Positions 49,283 to 63,550 of a DNA stretch of 64,000 bases are shown piece by piece. Under the pieces are notes generated by a model. It did no database searches. It was given only the letters and a program-made list of their open reading frames with translations, and was not told the origin of the DNA. The position numbers and the translations under genes were made by a program. Every line of letters starts with the position of its first letter. The stretch's first letter is position 1. Source of the stretch: Chrysomallon squamiferum (Eukaryota; Animalia; Mollusca); assembly GCA_012295275.1 (NCBI GenBank), contig CM022673.1, forward strand, positions 12,152,001 to 12,216,000, given 5' to 3'.

Positions 49283-52188
49283 AACACTCAGAAACACACA
49301 CACACAAAATGACAATTTTAATTGAATAATCTGTTAATAACTCTTGCATCAGATTATAAAAATAATGTTTTGTTATTGTGTTTTATCTAAATATTTCCAA
49401 AAGAATGAACTATGTAGCTTTATTTAAATCACTTTTTATATCTCTACCAAGCTATCTAGCTATATATATATATATATATATATATAAAGTTCTTTAAATA
49501 AATAAAATCTTTCATTATAGTGCCTTAAATATGTACGATGCAACATTAAAAATATAAAATATTAAAAAAGTAGTAAATATCCAGAAAATAACAATTCAAA
49601 ATAAATAAAAAAATACATTGAACTGGAAAAAACAGCTTGATACCCAAGATGCAGATATTCTGGTTTTTTAAACAATTTTCTTCAGTAAGTATTGCATACT
49701 AAAAATTAGAAACGTTTGCTGCTATAGTAACATTTTGAAAAATATGCTGCTATATGAAAATTTTGAAAAATTTGCTGCTATGGTAAAAATTTGAAAATTT
49801 GCTAATTTAGTAAAATTTATAAACATTTGCTGCTATAGTAAAAATTTATAAACATTTGCTGCTATAGTAAAATTTTGAAAAATCTGCTGTTTTATTAAAA
49901 TTTTGAAAAATCTGCTGCTATAATAAAATTCAGAAAAATTTGCTGCTGTAATTAAAATTAAACAAAATCGTCCATGTCCTTGTGGTGTGATATTTTCACA
50001 TCTTTTTTTTCTTTTACTACAGCCTTTTGGAGACTGATCATGTGCCTCAGCATTGTGTACGAACTTGCCTTAGTTTTTCTACTTTTTCAGGTAAGTAATT
50101 CTGTTGAAACCCTGGGGCTCTGTTTCACTTATCACAGATGAAATTCATTATTTTGTTAATAATAAACATAAACAACTTACAGTCACCGTTTTTGCTGTAA
50201 TTTTTTTGTTTGTTTATTTGTTTATTTATTTATTTATTTATTTACTAAATTGTTTATATTTTTACATATTTATTTAATTACATCATTGTTTATATATTTT
50301 CATATTTTTGTTTGTTTGTTTGTTTATTTATTTACTTAATTGTTTTTAGCGAGTGGAAGACGCTAGACGTTTACTTAAACATTTTGATGAAAATCTCGGC
50401 AAACCACTGCCGGAGAAGAACTATGGAGGCACCTGTTTAATATATGACTCAGAACACGAAGATCCATTTCATAATGTAAAGGTGAGCACAAAGTTTATTG
50501 AGTTGAGAATATTAATTTTTTATGATTATTTTTAAAGAGGCTGTAAACTCATTTAGTTAGAGATTTTCCATCTTGGGTCAGTGGTTTACATTTTTATAAA
50601 ACAGTTTTTAAATGTTTAAGTAAGTAAAACTATGTTAAAGATGGATATTAAAAAGTTAATAATTGTTGGGTTTTTTCATGGTGTTTATCTGGAATATTTT
50701 TTGATTCTTATATTAATGTTGTTATTACTATATTTTTTTTTTATGATAGTAATTCTGTATTTTAAAGTTATTTGGCCAAACTGTTACATCATTTTACAGT
50801 TTATTATATCTGTGGAGTTAGATGGTTTTGTACCAAACTCATGTAAAAATTATTTTATCTTATTTTTAATTCTTTTATTATTATTTTTAATGACAAAAAT
50901 TCTCTATTGTTATTTTACTAAATTTTAAACCATTTAATAATTTACATCTGTGAATCTATTCTTGCAGGAAAAGTTAGATGGTTTTGTACCAACTCACTTC
51001 TTTGGTTGGTGGTTAAAGGTGAGGATATTTTTGTAAACTCATTTTTTACTGTTTGATCTAATGAATAATATATGAAGCTTGAAGGGGTGACTTCTGTTGC
51101 AGACATTGCCACCTGAATATTTTTGTTATTGTAGTTTACTGCCCATGAGAAGGTGTTATAAAACATCTTTTACTGCTATCAGACTAGAGTAATTACTGAA
51201 TAGTTCCTAATACATTTTTTAATAAAAAAAAAAATTTTTTTAAAAAAAAAATTAATTTTTTAATTTAATTTAATTTATTTATTTTATTATTCTTTATTTA
51301 TTTATTTTTTTTCTTTACTTCCTCTTTTTTCTTAAATGCATATTTCAGTGTTCCAAACATGTTATTACACTTGTTGTTAGTTAACAAAAATCTTAAATTG
51401 TAAAGTTTAAAATATTTCCAACCATACAACTTTTTTTTTAGGATTTTGTTATGCATATGCCCTAATAATTATAATACTATTTATAACTTAATGTTATTTT
51501 CATAAAGTAATGCTGTTCATAATATACTATTCTTCATAATTTAATGTTCTTTTAACTTAAGTGATATTCATAATTTAATGTTTCATAACTTAATGTTATT
51601 CAAATTTAATGTTAATCATAGTTTACTGTTGTTCATAATTTGTCGTTCGTAATTTAACATTATTCATTGCTTAAGGTTCATAATTTAATGTTTGTGAGAA
51701 AATCTGTCTGATTATCAGTATTTGTGTTATTTATTTTTTGTTTCAGACTCTGATTCTGCGAGACTGGTGGTTGTGTACAGTCTTCAGTCTGATGTTTGAG
51801 GTTCTGGAGTACACACTTGAACATCAGCTACCTAACTTTGGAGAGTGCTGGTGGGACCATGTATGTCTTGTATTTAAACAAAATCAGTCGATAAATTGCA
51901 GCAAAAATAATTTATAGATAAATAATGGTCTCTTTAAATTTAAAATCTGGAAATAAAAAAAATATTAAAATGAACATGAACAAGAAAATGAAAATAAAAT
52001 AAAATAATAAAATACAAGATAATAAACCCCCACCCTTAAAAAAACAAGAACAAAAAAAAAAAAAATCATAAAACAATACGAAAAATTTATAAACAAAATA
52101 ATGTTATATTACATAAAAAATACAAATACACACACACACAGACATATATATATTTTTTTATATGTGAGTATGTATTTGTATGTATGTA

Positions 52189-52220
<32 letters not shown>

Positions 52221-53175
52221 CATAAATAAATAAATAAAATAAATAATAAACAAAGATATATGTTATTTCAGTAGCATTAATTTAAATTAAATGGGACTCA
52301 TGTAATGGACAATTTTACACATTCACTGCATTGCTTAATTATATCCTATGAACACACACACATACACACACATGCACACAACATTTACACAACTCATTAT
52401 GTTTGCACATTATATATTTACTGACATGTCACATATTAAGCAATAACTCATGTCTGTTAATAACAGTAGGTAAAAGTAATTTAAACTGTATTTTCTATTT
52501 TATTCATTTCCTTTCTCCATTGTGTTTCAGTTTTTAATTATATGTTTCCAGGAATATTTACATTTTTGTTTTTTTTCTCGTTTTCAGTGGATAATGGATG
52601 CCCTCATATGTAATGGTTTAGGAATATATTTGGGAATGAAAACATTGCACTATCTTTCCATGAAACCATATCACTGGCGTGGTATGTGGAACATTCCTAC
52701 CTATGGGTCAGTTTTATTTTATTTTTCATTTAATTTTTTATTTCTTTTCTTTTTTTTAATTTAATTTTTATTCATAAAAATTAAAAAATTAATTGAATGT
52801 TACCCAATGTTGTTTCATTTCCATTATTATTGTAGAGTTTTACTGAAAATACTCTAAATCATAATGAAATGATTGTCACTAAATTAATGAGAGTTGGTTC
52901 CCTTTGATATTTTACTCTTGTAACATTATCAGTTTATTCAGTATTTGTTTTTGTTTTTCAATTTGTAATTTTTTGTTCATTAAAAAAGAAAAAAAAATTA
53001 AAAATTGGTTTCATTTGATTACATTGCACTGAGAGTATTGTAACTCTTAAAATAATTGTGACTAAATTAATTAGAATTGCTTCCCTTTGATATTATACTC
53101 TCCTAATAACAAGGCATATTATCATGCTTTGAATCAAACAGGGTTGGGTTGAACAAAACAAAACAGAAGAAAGTT

Positions 53176-53212
<37 letters not shown>

Positions 53213-53725
53213 TAATAATAATAATATTTAATGTATATTCACTGTGTTCTGTTTAAAGCAGTTGTTTGTTTTTTTGTTTTTTAAATAAATAACAAAGCTT
53301 GTTTATTTCAGAGGGATGTTCAAACGAGTGGCTGCTCAGTTCACACCCTACAGCTGGACAGATTTTGACTGGAGACCAACGTCCAGTCTGAAAAGATGGC
53401 TAGCAATGGTGGCCATCATTGCCATTGTAAGTTGATAACCAGCTGTTTTACTATCACTGTGTTAAAAACTCTCTGACAAAATTTTAATAACAAAATGTCC
53501 CCTAATATAATTATAATAATAATTATATAAAACAGTGACAATAACAACAACAGCAACAATAATAATGCTGTTTAAATATGTCTTACAATTTATCATTATT
53601 TAAAAAAAAAAAATATTATTATTGGTATTGGTATTAGTAAAAGTAATAGCATTGTTATTGTTATTATTATTATTTGAAGCATTAGTATCAATATTAATTA
53701 TTATTATTATTATTATTATTATGAA

Positions 53726-53799
<74 letters not shown>

Positions 53800-54986
53800 A
53801 TTACAGTTCCTGCTAGCAGAAATGAACACATTCTATCTCAAGTTTGTTCTGTGGATTCCACCAGAACACAGTCTTTGTTTAGGTCGTCTTGTTTTCTTCC
53901 TGTTCATGGGAGCAGCAGCTATGAGAGAATCTTTCCAGTACCTGGATGATCCGTAAGACTTGTTATTACTAATCTGCAATTAAATACGATCAGGAATCTG
54001 TGTTAACAAATCAACAAAAAAAACAACAACAACAGAGAGACAGATAGAAATAGATATATAGAAACACAGAAACACATATATAAGTATACAGATACAGATA
54101 TAGGTGTGTGTGTGTGTGTGCAAACTTGTGACAAAGAAACAACAACAGAACTTTCACAATCATATAAGCATGTACATGCACATACATACATATAAATTCA
54201 AATTCAAATGATTTTGTTCATTCTCCTTTCATTTGTTCTCATACTGACTGATTTATAAAAAACTAAAAAAAATGTTTTATTTGTTTTATTTATTTTTTAT
54301 TATTGTTGCTTTTGTATTTATATGTATTGTTTATTTCAAATTTGTTATTTATTTATTTATTGCTGTATTTATTTATATTTTGTCATTTTTTATTTATGTA
54401 TTACTGCATTTATTTATATTTTATTATTTATTTTTCTGTCAAATATATATTTTGTCCGTATGTATTTATTTGTTTATTTACTAATTTATTTGTTTTTATG
54501 TGTTTGTTTATTTGTTTGTTTATTTATTTATTTATTTATTTACTAATTTATTTGTTTTTATTTGTTTGTTTATTTATTTATTTATTTACGTTACACCTTT
54601 TCACAGTAGTTCTCACACTTTTTAACATTCACTTTTTCTGCAGAAACTGTAAACGATTTGGACAGCAGTCCTGGGTCATTGCTGCCATCATCATCACAGA
54701 ATTCCTCATCGTCCTGCGCTTCGACTGGCAGACTCTCAGCAAGCCGATTCCTCGCCCCATCGCCTACTTCTGGATCCTCGGCTTCATCGGCCTTGTTCTG
54801 TGGACATTCTGGAAGTTCTACATCAAGAGGGACGTGAAGAACGACGTCCCCATCCCGATAAAAGGCGACAGTCTGGTTAACTGTGTCGAAGAACAGCACG
54901 TGTTGGAAGACGCGGTTAAACAAAATGGCGCTGTCACCGAAACCAGGCAGCTGCGTTCCAGAGCACGAAATGGCAAAGTGCATTGA
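45270..54986 (+). CDS. PTDSS2: Phosphatidylserine synthase 2, 11 coding exons
   Basis: Exons 45270-45403, 47742-47843, 48543-48625, 50023-50090, 50350-50481, 50968-51018, 51747-51860, 52588-52706, 53312-53426, 53807-53952, 54644-54986. Motifs [101 protein letters not shown]. Confidence 0.95.
45703..45781. repeat. (CT)n microsatellite
   Basis: Direct reading. Confidence 0.97.
47480..47650. repeat. 36-bp minisatellite, about 4 copies
   Basis: Unit tatccatatatagatacacatatgcatacatatata. It explains the overlapping repetitive ORFs at 47361-47859. Confidence 0.9.
48590..49170 (+). repeat. Degenerate ~130-bp repeat array copying the PTDSS2 exon 3 / intron 3 junction
   Basis: The junction ctcctgatggtccatttgtccgacctcatcctg|gtgagtttttag is echoed at ~48808, ~48937 and ~49074 (…cattctggtatgtttttagttctttg and variants). 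Confidence 0.7.
49226..49276. repeat. (CA)n microsatellite
   Basis: Direct reading. Confidence 0.97.
49705..49955. repeat. ~28-29-bp minisatellite, about 8-9 copies
   Basis: Unit approximately tttgctgctatagtaaaattttgaaaaa. Confidence 0.85.
51475..51692. repeat. Degenerate short tandem repeat (cataatttaatgtt core)
   Basis: About 10 diverged copies in PTDSS2 intron 6. Confidence 0.6.
53697..53798. repeat. (TAT)n microsatellite abutting the PTDSS2 exon 10 acceptor
   Basis: Direct reading. Confidence 0.95.
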
Positions 54987-55378
54987 GTGCGACGAAAAAA
55001 AATTCAGGGAATTTTATTTTTTGTTATTATTATTATTAATCACTAATTGTTGTTTTGTTTTTTTATTACGAAACAGTTTAATGGTTTATAATTTCTGTTG
55101 AATATTTCTGAATGACTTAAAATGATTATTTGGAAATTTTTTTGGAAGCTGGAATGGAATTTTTAAAAGATATTTTTTTATAGTATGTCATAAATCAAAC
55201 AAAAACATTTAGCAGAATTGATGAAAGTGGAACATATGTGAATTTTCTTTGTTCTAACAACCAGAAAAGCTAATAATAATAATAATAACAACAACAACAA
55301 AAAACTTCAAAGAAAATTAATTTTTTCTAAATAAATTTAAACTGGCAGATATATTAAGATACATATCTTAGACGATCA

Positions 55379-55427
<49 letters not shown>

Positions 55428-57489
55428 TATTGTTAAATTATTTATTAATTCGTGTTAAAAGTTTTATTTATAGTTATTTCTTCAGCACGTTATTTAAACA
55501 GTTTTATAAATTTGTTATGGCAAAATGCAGCTTATATTAATAATATAATAATTAATTAAAAGTTATGAATTTGATGTACATCAGAGATTTTTGTTTAGAA
55601 ATATACAGTTTGTGTAGTTGTAATTAATACATACATGCATTTGATGTACATATTGTGGAGGTATTTAAAAATATGATCCTTGTGCCTTTGGTGCCAGTTA
55701 CTTGTTAAAACCCCCAGACTATTGTGTAATTTTAGTGTCATATTTTATATATAATACATATATATATTTTGCTAACTTCAGTCATCTAAGCTTTGTACAT
55801 TTTACTAAACAGTTGTTGAGTATCTTTGCTGGATACAGCCAATAAAACAGCTCTTTAACCAAAACAGTAGAAATGAAAAAACCCAAAGCACTTCAATAAA
55901 ATTTTAAAAATGTTGACAATAAATTCTGTAATGAAATGAAGAAACATGGACCTATGATGATGTTATCAAGCAAAAATAACTTTAAAATATATATATATTT
56001 TTTACTTCCATGTGATTTGTTTTATATGATTCGAATTCCCAAACTTTGTTAATAATAAAGTATGATACTAAAATTACAGATACTGCTATTTCCTGCTGTT
56101 CTGTTACGTACAGAGAAAATCTTTATGCTTCACTAAATATTTATAATATCTATCAGTATCTAAGGGAATGTAATGGAAGAAGGGAAAATGGCAACAATTG
56201 TGCATACTTATAAACTTGTCATACTTTATTATTAGAAAAGGTGTCATAAAACAGGTAGAAGAACTAGTATTACTATCACTTGGAATATTATAGAAAATTA
56301 TTAAAGTGAATTGTTTGGACCATGGTAACTTCTTAATGCTAAGAGTATGTTAATATAGGTAGAATACATATATATTTTTTGTGTGAGGATGATGATATAC
56401 ATGTATACAAGAGATTAAGAAAAGCTGATTTACAACCAAAAAAAAAAAAAGTGTCTATTCTCAAGTTAAAACACAGGTTACAGAAATATTTTGAACAGAA
56501 ACATTTTCATCATTGTCATCAACATTTACTGGCAGACATCAGCAACAGTACTCCGACCACCCCTGTTGTCCTTCCCACTTTGCTCAATGATAAATATTTT
56601 TTACAATTTTACTTTGCTCATCATAAGTAGATCTTTTGTTAGCCATTTTCAGAAAGTTGAGTATTTATTAACTTTTTCATTAAAAATAGTTTTTTTTTTC
56701 AAAAGTCCCGTTTTATTTTAGTTTTAAAATTAATGTTTTTTTCTTTCTGTTAATTTATTTGTTTTTAAAATTTGTATGTATACATGTAGATAAACAGCTA
56801 ACAATATATAAGGTGCTTCTAAATCACATTCGTGTATTTTGAAATATCACTGAATTGTTAGTGTGCATAATAGTAACAGTTAACCATTCAGGCATTACAA
56901 ACTGGCCCTTTTGATAAACAATTTTCATAACAAAAGTTGACAATATATTAATTTCAGTACTGGTATGTTATTTTTAACATATATAATTAGCTAACATGAA
57001 GCATCATCATTTTCTTTTCGTTTTTTAATTTTTATGTTTTTTTCTTCAAATTTTGTGCCAGGCCAATATAATATTTTGTACTGGTTATACAATATATTTT
57101 TCTATTTAACTTTAGAAAATAGTGCATTATAAAAATCATCTTGTTTTTTGTTACATATATGTTAAATCTGTGCTGTACTGAAAGTATTTTCATTCTAGAA
57201 CTAGAAATGTCTGCTATTTAATAAATGTTTGAATTTGTTCAGTAAAGGAATACTAGGTAACATAGAACATTAATTAGACTGTTGAAATTCTCCCATCTAG
57301 TTACAGTTGTTAAATATAGTTTATTTTATAAAGCTCTTCGTGCTCCGAATTCTTTGAATAACCTTTGATCAGCCCATTATCAAAAGTTGCACACTCTTTG
57401 TCAGATATTTAAATTACCACATTCAGTAAATAATTACAATAAATGTCAGTCTGTAAGGCAGTTTAATAGTGTGTGTTTTCATCAGCAGA

Positions 57490-57930
57490 TGTATTCCTGA
57501 TATTATTTAGTGTGTTCCTAACATCATAATCTCTATTCCTGATAAACCATTAATTACATAATTGTCTCTATTCCAAACACTGTACCATGTATTCCTGATA
57601 TCATGCTGTGTATTCCTGACCTCATGCAATGTATTCTTGATACTATGTCTAACTCTTGGTATGCTATGTTACTAGTATGTATTCCTGATATTATTACCTC
57701 TTTCTGATTCTTTACCTCTTTATTCCTCATAATCAGTGTATTCCTGAAGTTACTGCCACTGTTTATGACATCATGCTATGTATTCATGACATTGATTTAC
57801 TCTTGACTCTCAACTGTGTATTCATGATACCATTCTCTCTATTCATGACATTATGCTACGTATTCCTCATAGCATTATTTCTTTTCCTGACATACAGATT
57901 ATTCACGACATTGTTCTCTCTGTTCCAGTG
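57490..57930. repeat. Degenerate short-period minisatellite with core (g/c)tattcctga
   Basis: The core tattcctga/tattcatga recurs more than 10 times at roughly 20-40 bp spacing downstream of the PTDSS2 stop. Confidence 0.7.
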
Positions 57931-60374
57931 TGTGTATATATGTAGGGTCAGATCTAAATAAGTAAAATAAGCAATTTAATTGTTAGAGACTTGAATACTG
58001 TACAATGCCTTATTATCTAAACACTTGTCGTGCAGCTTCCAATAGGTTTTAGTGCCTCTTCATGTTTTAGTCCTTGAAATGTATTAACCAGAGATGTTAA
58101 TCTGTTAACTTGCATCATCTGTTACCTTTGATTCAAAAACAACACACATACATATACATATGCACACGTGTATGAACTGACAAACACAGAATAAACAACT
58201 CCACACATACAAACAAAAAACACATACTGTGTGTTAACAGACACAATGTGTGTGTGTGTGAGTGTGCATGTATATGTGAGTGTACATAATTTAACCAAAA
58301 CTGACTTTTAGCTGTATAAAATATTTAGTTGGATGTATTCTCTTTTGTACTCTCTACATCATAACATGGTACCTACTTACATTTTTTTTTATCAGCTGAC
58401 AGATTTGTATAAATAGAAGCTGAACATTAACACCAACATCAGTATTATAGAAATGACATTTTACTTTATAATTTTGTACCATCTGAAACTTTGCTGATTT
58501 CATCCCCATTCAGAATATTAGACTGTAACATTATTATATAGATATTTTTTCATAGGACTATATATATATTTATTTATTATATATTTTTTTTTTAGTTCAG
58601 CTGGCACAATTTCTTTGCAATATCTTTACAATTTTATTTATTATTATTATTATTATTATACCTTTTTTAGTTATTCAAATATATATATATATATTATTAT
58701 ACATATTATAACTCTTTTTATTAAATGTTTTGTTAATATTATATTTTAAAATTGGTCAGAACATTATTTTCATTTAAAATCTTTTTGTTTTGTTAAATAC
58801 ATTACAGCAAAACCAAAATTTGACTTTTTTATATATCTTTCTCATAAAAATACATTTTATAATTACTGTTAGTTATTATTTTGTTAATGTAGACTAAAAA
58901 TAAAATTGAAACTAAATATTGTATGTATTTATTGTTATGATGGCAATTGTTCTAATGAATATACTTTTTCATTCATAGGTTGTTTTAATTTTATTTTTAT
59001 TCTTAGTTAAATCAGTGTATGCTCTATTGTATTTCATGTTGTTATTAACAGAGCAAAATGTAAATGTATATAGATAAACAGATAGATAGATGTAGTTTTT
59101 GTTTGCAGTAGTTCATGTATTATTGCTTATATCAGTAATAAATATTTAGTGTTTTAATGTAAAATGTGGATAAGAAATTAAGACCATTTTTTGATGTTTA
59201 AAAAAAACAACAATCACAACACTGCACACAAAAAAGCTTCCATAATCTTTTGTTAAAAAATAATATATTTTCAGAAATTCTTATCAAAATGAATTTTTTT
59301 TACATTATGAAAACAGCATATTTCTCTGTGCCATCACAATATTTTTAAATACACAGAATTGTTTTCTAGAATGGTTAACAGTTCTTCAAGTTATTTATCT
59401 TATTATTATATTTATCATTATTTATTTTTTTTTTTTTTTTTTTTTTTTTTTTATTTTTTTTTTTAAAATAAAACAATTGCTATATTAAAAAATATTTATT
59501 TTTCTAAAGCTTAAAATGGCAGCGCTTTCTTTTTTTGCTTTTTGCATAAAGTACAATCAAATTTTAAAAAAAAAGATAATATGTATATATATATATATGT
59601 ATGTATGTATATGTATATGTATATGTATGTGTATGTATAATACATTATTTTTGTAAAAAACACAACAACAGTTGTAATCAAAGATTGTGTATTGTGTATG
59701 TATAGTGTGCTATTTTTTTACAGATGTATAAAATAGATTATAGTATATTTACATAATATTTATGCTGCATTTCTTGTCAGCTTGTGGCCTTAGGTTATTT
59801 TTTTCAGTGAGTTAAAATTGTTTTTCTTTTCATAATTTTTAAAACATGATTGTAAAAAAGAAAAAAAAAAAAATCATCTACAGATTATTAGTTGTAGGTT
59901 TCATAGTCATTTTTCAACAACCTAAAAACAAAAACATGAAAAAATAAAAAAGTTAAAAAAATATTCTATTTTTGATTCTGTATGCTTTATTACTATTTAA
60001 ATGGATTATTTATTTATTGATTGATTTATTGATTTATTTTTGGGACAAGGTATATATATATTCTACATTACAGGTAAATAATTTGGCTTGATTGTACCGA
60101 TTACTATAAAAATAAAAAAAAATAAAAATAGTTTTTAAATAATGCACATAAAAAAAAAAAAAAAAAAAAAAAACATTAAAAAGTAATAGATAAAAATAAT
60201 AATAAATAAAATAAAATAAAATAAAATAAAATAAACAAATAATACAACCAAAGAAAAAGAAAAATTAATATTCTGTTCTTTGAATGGAAAGCTTTTATCT
60301 TTATATTAATCAGTAATGTCATTATTATTCAATTTTCAGAATTCACTTTGAGGTGGCTAATACCCATGCAATGT

Positions 60375-60410
<36 letters not shown>

Positions 60411-61157
60411 TTAGCAAATAATTAAAGTTTAAATAATTTAAACAAGAAAAACAACAATCAAGACTGGGCAAAATCAACATCTCATACTTAAACACAAGAC
60501 AAAAATAAATAAAGTTTCCATAAAGGTTTGGTAACATAGTGTTTTGTAACATTTTCAACCTGTCTTTGTTTGGTTGGAATAGAGACACCACATTAATAAA
60601 TAATGATACCACAGAACCCAAGTTTATTCTGTTTCAAGCTTTAGTATAGAGAAGTACAGGTATTAAATACAAAACCAAAAATGTATTAAAAAATGAAAAA
60701 GAAGAAATACTTTCATCACAATAATTGTTAACCATTGTTTTATTTTAGATGTTATTGATAATGTTATTATTTGTGTTGTTAATTAACATTGATAATTACT
60801 ATATTAATTGTTGCCTTAAATTAAACATGTATTTACATGTGCCATAATTATTAAAACAGATATGTGAATGCTTGTATGCTTTGTTGAAATGCTGTGCTTT
60901 ATGTAAGACCATAGAAAAACCTGTATACAGTTGTGAAGTTTGTACACATGATCAAAGAAGAATTTTGTATTTATTGGTTCACTATTTGTGTGATCATTCC
61001 AATCATTTTTCACTGAAAAAAAAAAAAAAAAAATCTATATTCAAAAACGTTTTGTTGTTTTTTGTTATTTACTGTAACTAGATAATTCAAAGAAAGCCAA
61101 AAACAACAAAAAAATGCAAAATGATGAAAGAAAAAGACCAGCAAACCCCAAACCCAA

Positions 61158-61159
<2 letters not shown>

Positions 61160-61213
<54 letters not shown>
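61160..61213. repeat. (CT)n microsatellite
   Basis: Direct reading. Confidence 0.97.
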
Positions 61214-61217
<4 letters not shown>

Positions 61218-61578
61218 GTCCATCTCACACGCACACACACACATACGTGTATATATACATACAAAAATGCACGTAGACTAAAAAAAACAGTTCTTAACCA
61301 TACACTGAACACATAATTCATTAGGCCTTGGATTGTTTAGTAAGTAAATGGAAAACACAACAGCAAGCAGCATAAAACTAGCAAATATATAAATAAATAA
61401 ATAAATAAAATAAGCAAACAAAACAGATAAAAACATACCCATCGTTGAGAGATGGGTATCTAACTTTTGATTTAATAAGTAGCAGTTTCTGCATTGTATT
61501 CTGCTGCCGTACATTTGTAGATCCTTTGAAGGTGGTGGACTGAATGATGTGATAATTTCTGTTTTATTTAAAGATAAA

Positions 61579-61580
61579 TA

Positions 61581-61631
<51 letters not shown>

Positions 61632-61654
61632 TAATTAATTAATTAATTAATTAA
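61579..61654. repeat. Compound (AAT)n(AATT)n microsatellite
   Basis: Direct reading. Confidence 0.95.
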
Positions 61655-62673
61655 CGATCTGAGCAAATGTTATGGCAGTAAAATGTTTTCATTTACCGAC
61701 GTATTTTACTACACTGGACGCATCCATGGTGATAAATATTTTATCTTTTAGCCGATGATGTGAAAGTCAAATAAACCAGTTTGACAATACAATAAAAAAT
61801 AAACATGTGAAGGAAAAATATGTGTATGAATCAACGTTAACATCCACCGTAAGTGTACTTTTTTTTTTAACAAGCAGTTTAACACAGGTAAGTTTTCTTC
61901 TTCTTCTTCTTCTTATTATTATTATTACAATAGTTCGATTCTTTGAATACATGATATCTTCATTAACACGAATATTAAATTAATTATACATATGAACAAA
62001 AACAGGATTTTTATTATTTTTTATTATTTTTTAACCTGCACACAAAAGTACACACACTCCATTTAGCAACAGAAAAGTAAAATAAAATTAGCAAGTCAAG
62101 GTCTCTGTTAATGATTTTAATTAAACTGAAAGGCGTTTAATTCAAACTCAACAGCGGTCATTCGGAATATTAAAAGCCTGTTTTTAATATTGGTCACGAT
62201 ATCGCAAGGATCTAATTAATAAATACAATTTGTTTCATGGAATCCATCTAGCTCGGTTGGTGCTTTTGAATTTTACAATTCGTTGTTCGTCAATATTTAA
62301 ATGAAAATTGCGTCCGACAGCAAACTGAGGGTAATTAATAAAGATAGGATGAAATACATGGAGTTCTCGTTAGTTTTATGCAGCAATAATGACGATATTT
62401 ATAGCTATTTAATGAATACTGGAAACAAAATAATGTGGACAAATGTACGATAGTATTCGGAGTGTTTCACAAAGAACGCAATATGTGTATATTGCTTATT
62501 ATATCTGTTGCTACTAATACACAGCTCACACAACTATATGAAGCCGTGCTAAAATCTCATGAATGGTTTATTCTTATTTTGGTTCAGTGATTTATATCAT
62601 ATTGCAGTAGAATAACAGGAACATGCAAACGATGAAATGATAGCAGCAAAATAATTACAACAACAGTAATAAA

Positions 62674-62705
<32 letters not shown>

Positions 62706-63379
62706 TCAACAACAACAACAACGATAACCACAGTGATAACAATAATAGCAATAATAATAACAGAGAGAACTACAAAAATAACTAAATAACGACAACGACA
62801 ACAACAATAATAATAGCAACAAAAACAAAATAAATAATTAATAATTAAATAAATAAATAAAATAAAATAAAATAAACAAACTAACATACACACGCCATTC
62901 ATAGTTACACCTCCCACACGAACTAGTATTTATTCAAAGTGTATGCTCAGTGAACAAGCTTCTTCTTTTATATGTTGTTCAATCGATACAGGTAGAAAGA
63001 CACACACACACACACACTTACATACAAACACACACAGACACAAATACACACATGATAAGGAATAAAAATTAACGGAAAAAAAGAAAGAAGAAAATCCCCA
63101 ATATTCGTCCATTATGGAGGGGCACATTGTGGCACGTTCTGATGTTTGCTCGGTACATGTAAAATAGGACGAAAGCTTGGTTGGCTAGCCGATTATATGA
63201 ACAAAAGCCCAAAGTCGAAAATAACATTAACGTTGTCAATTCAAGATCTTAATATTGTTAATAAAGAGACAAACATTCATTCTAAATAATAGGTCTGACA
63301 AATGCACGTCGGTTGCTTTTTCTAACACGTGTTACTGAAACATTGGTAATTACTTCTACAAAGTCTGCTAGAGCAGAAA

Positions 63380-63403
63380 GTCACGTGACATATCTCTATA
63401 AAA
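63380..63403 (+). promoter_or_regulatory. Palindromic E-box GTCACGTGAC plus TATA box upstream of the G8-domain gene
   Basis: GTCACGTGAC at 63380-63389 and TATAAAA at 63397-63403, about 150 bp upstream of the ATG at 63551. Confidence 0.6.
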
Positions 63404-63550
63404 GAAGAAGACGGAAATAAAAAAATTCACAATTACTTCAGATATATTCTTTCCTGTATTTATTTATTTACTGAGGTTTTTAATATTTTATTTGAATGGT
63501 TGCTTTATATATATTATTCTAAAAAGGTACGTTTATCGTACATTTCTAAA

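Noticed and set aside
54303-54643. Hydrophobic N-terminal half of the 227-aa ORF
   Set aside because: Intronic (TTTA/TTTG)n low complexity; only 54644-54986 is PTDSS2 coding sequence.
55000-61000. Possible hidden gene or SECIS-type element downstream of PTDSS2
   Set aside because: No credible exon chain, conserved motif or in-frame UGA gene seen; consistent with a long 3' UTR or intergenic DNA.
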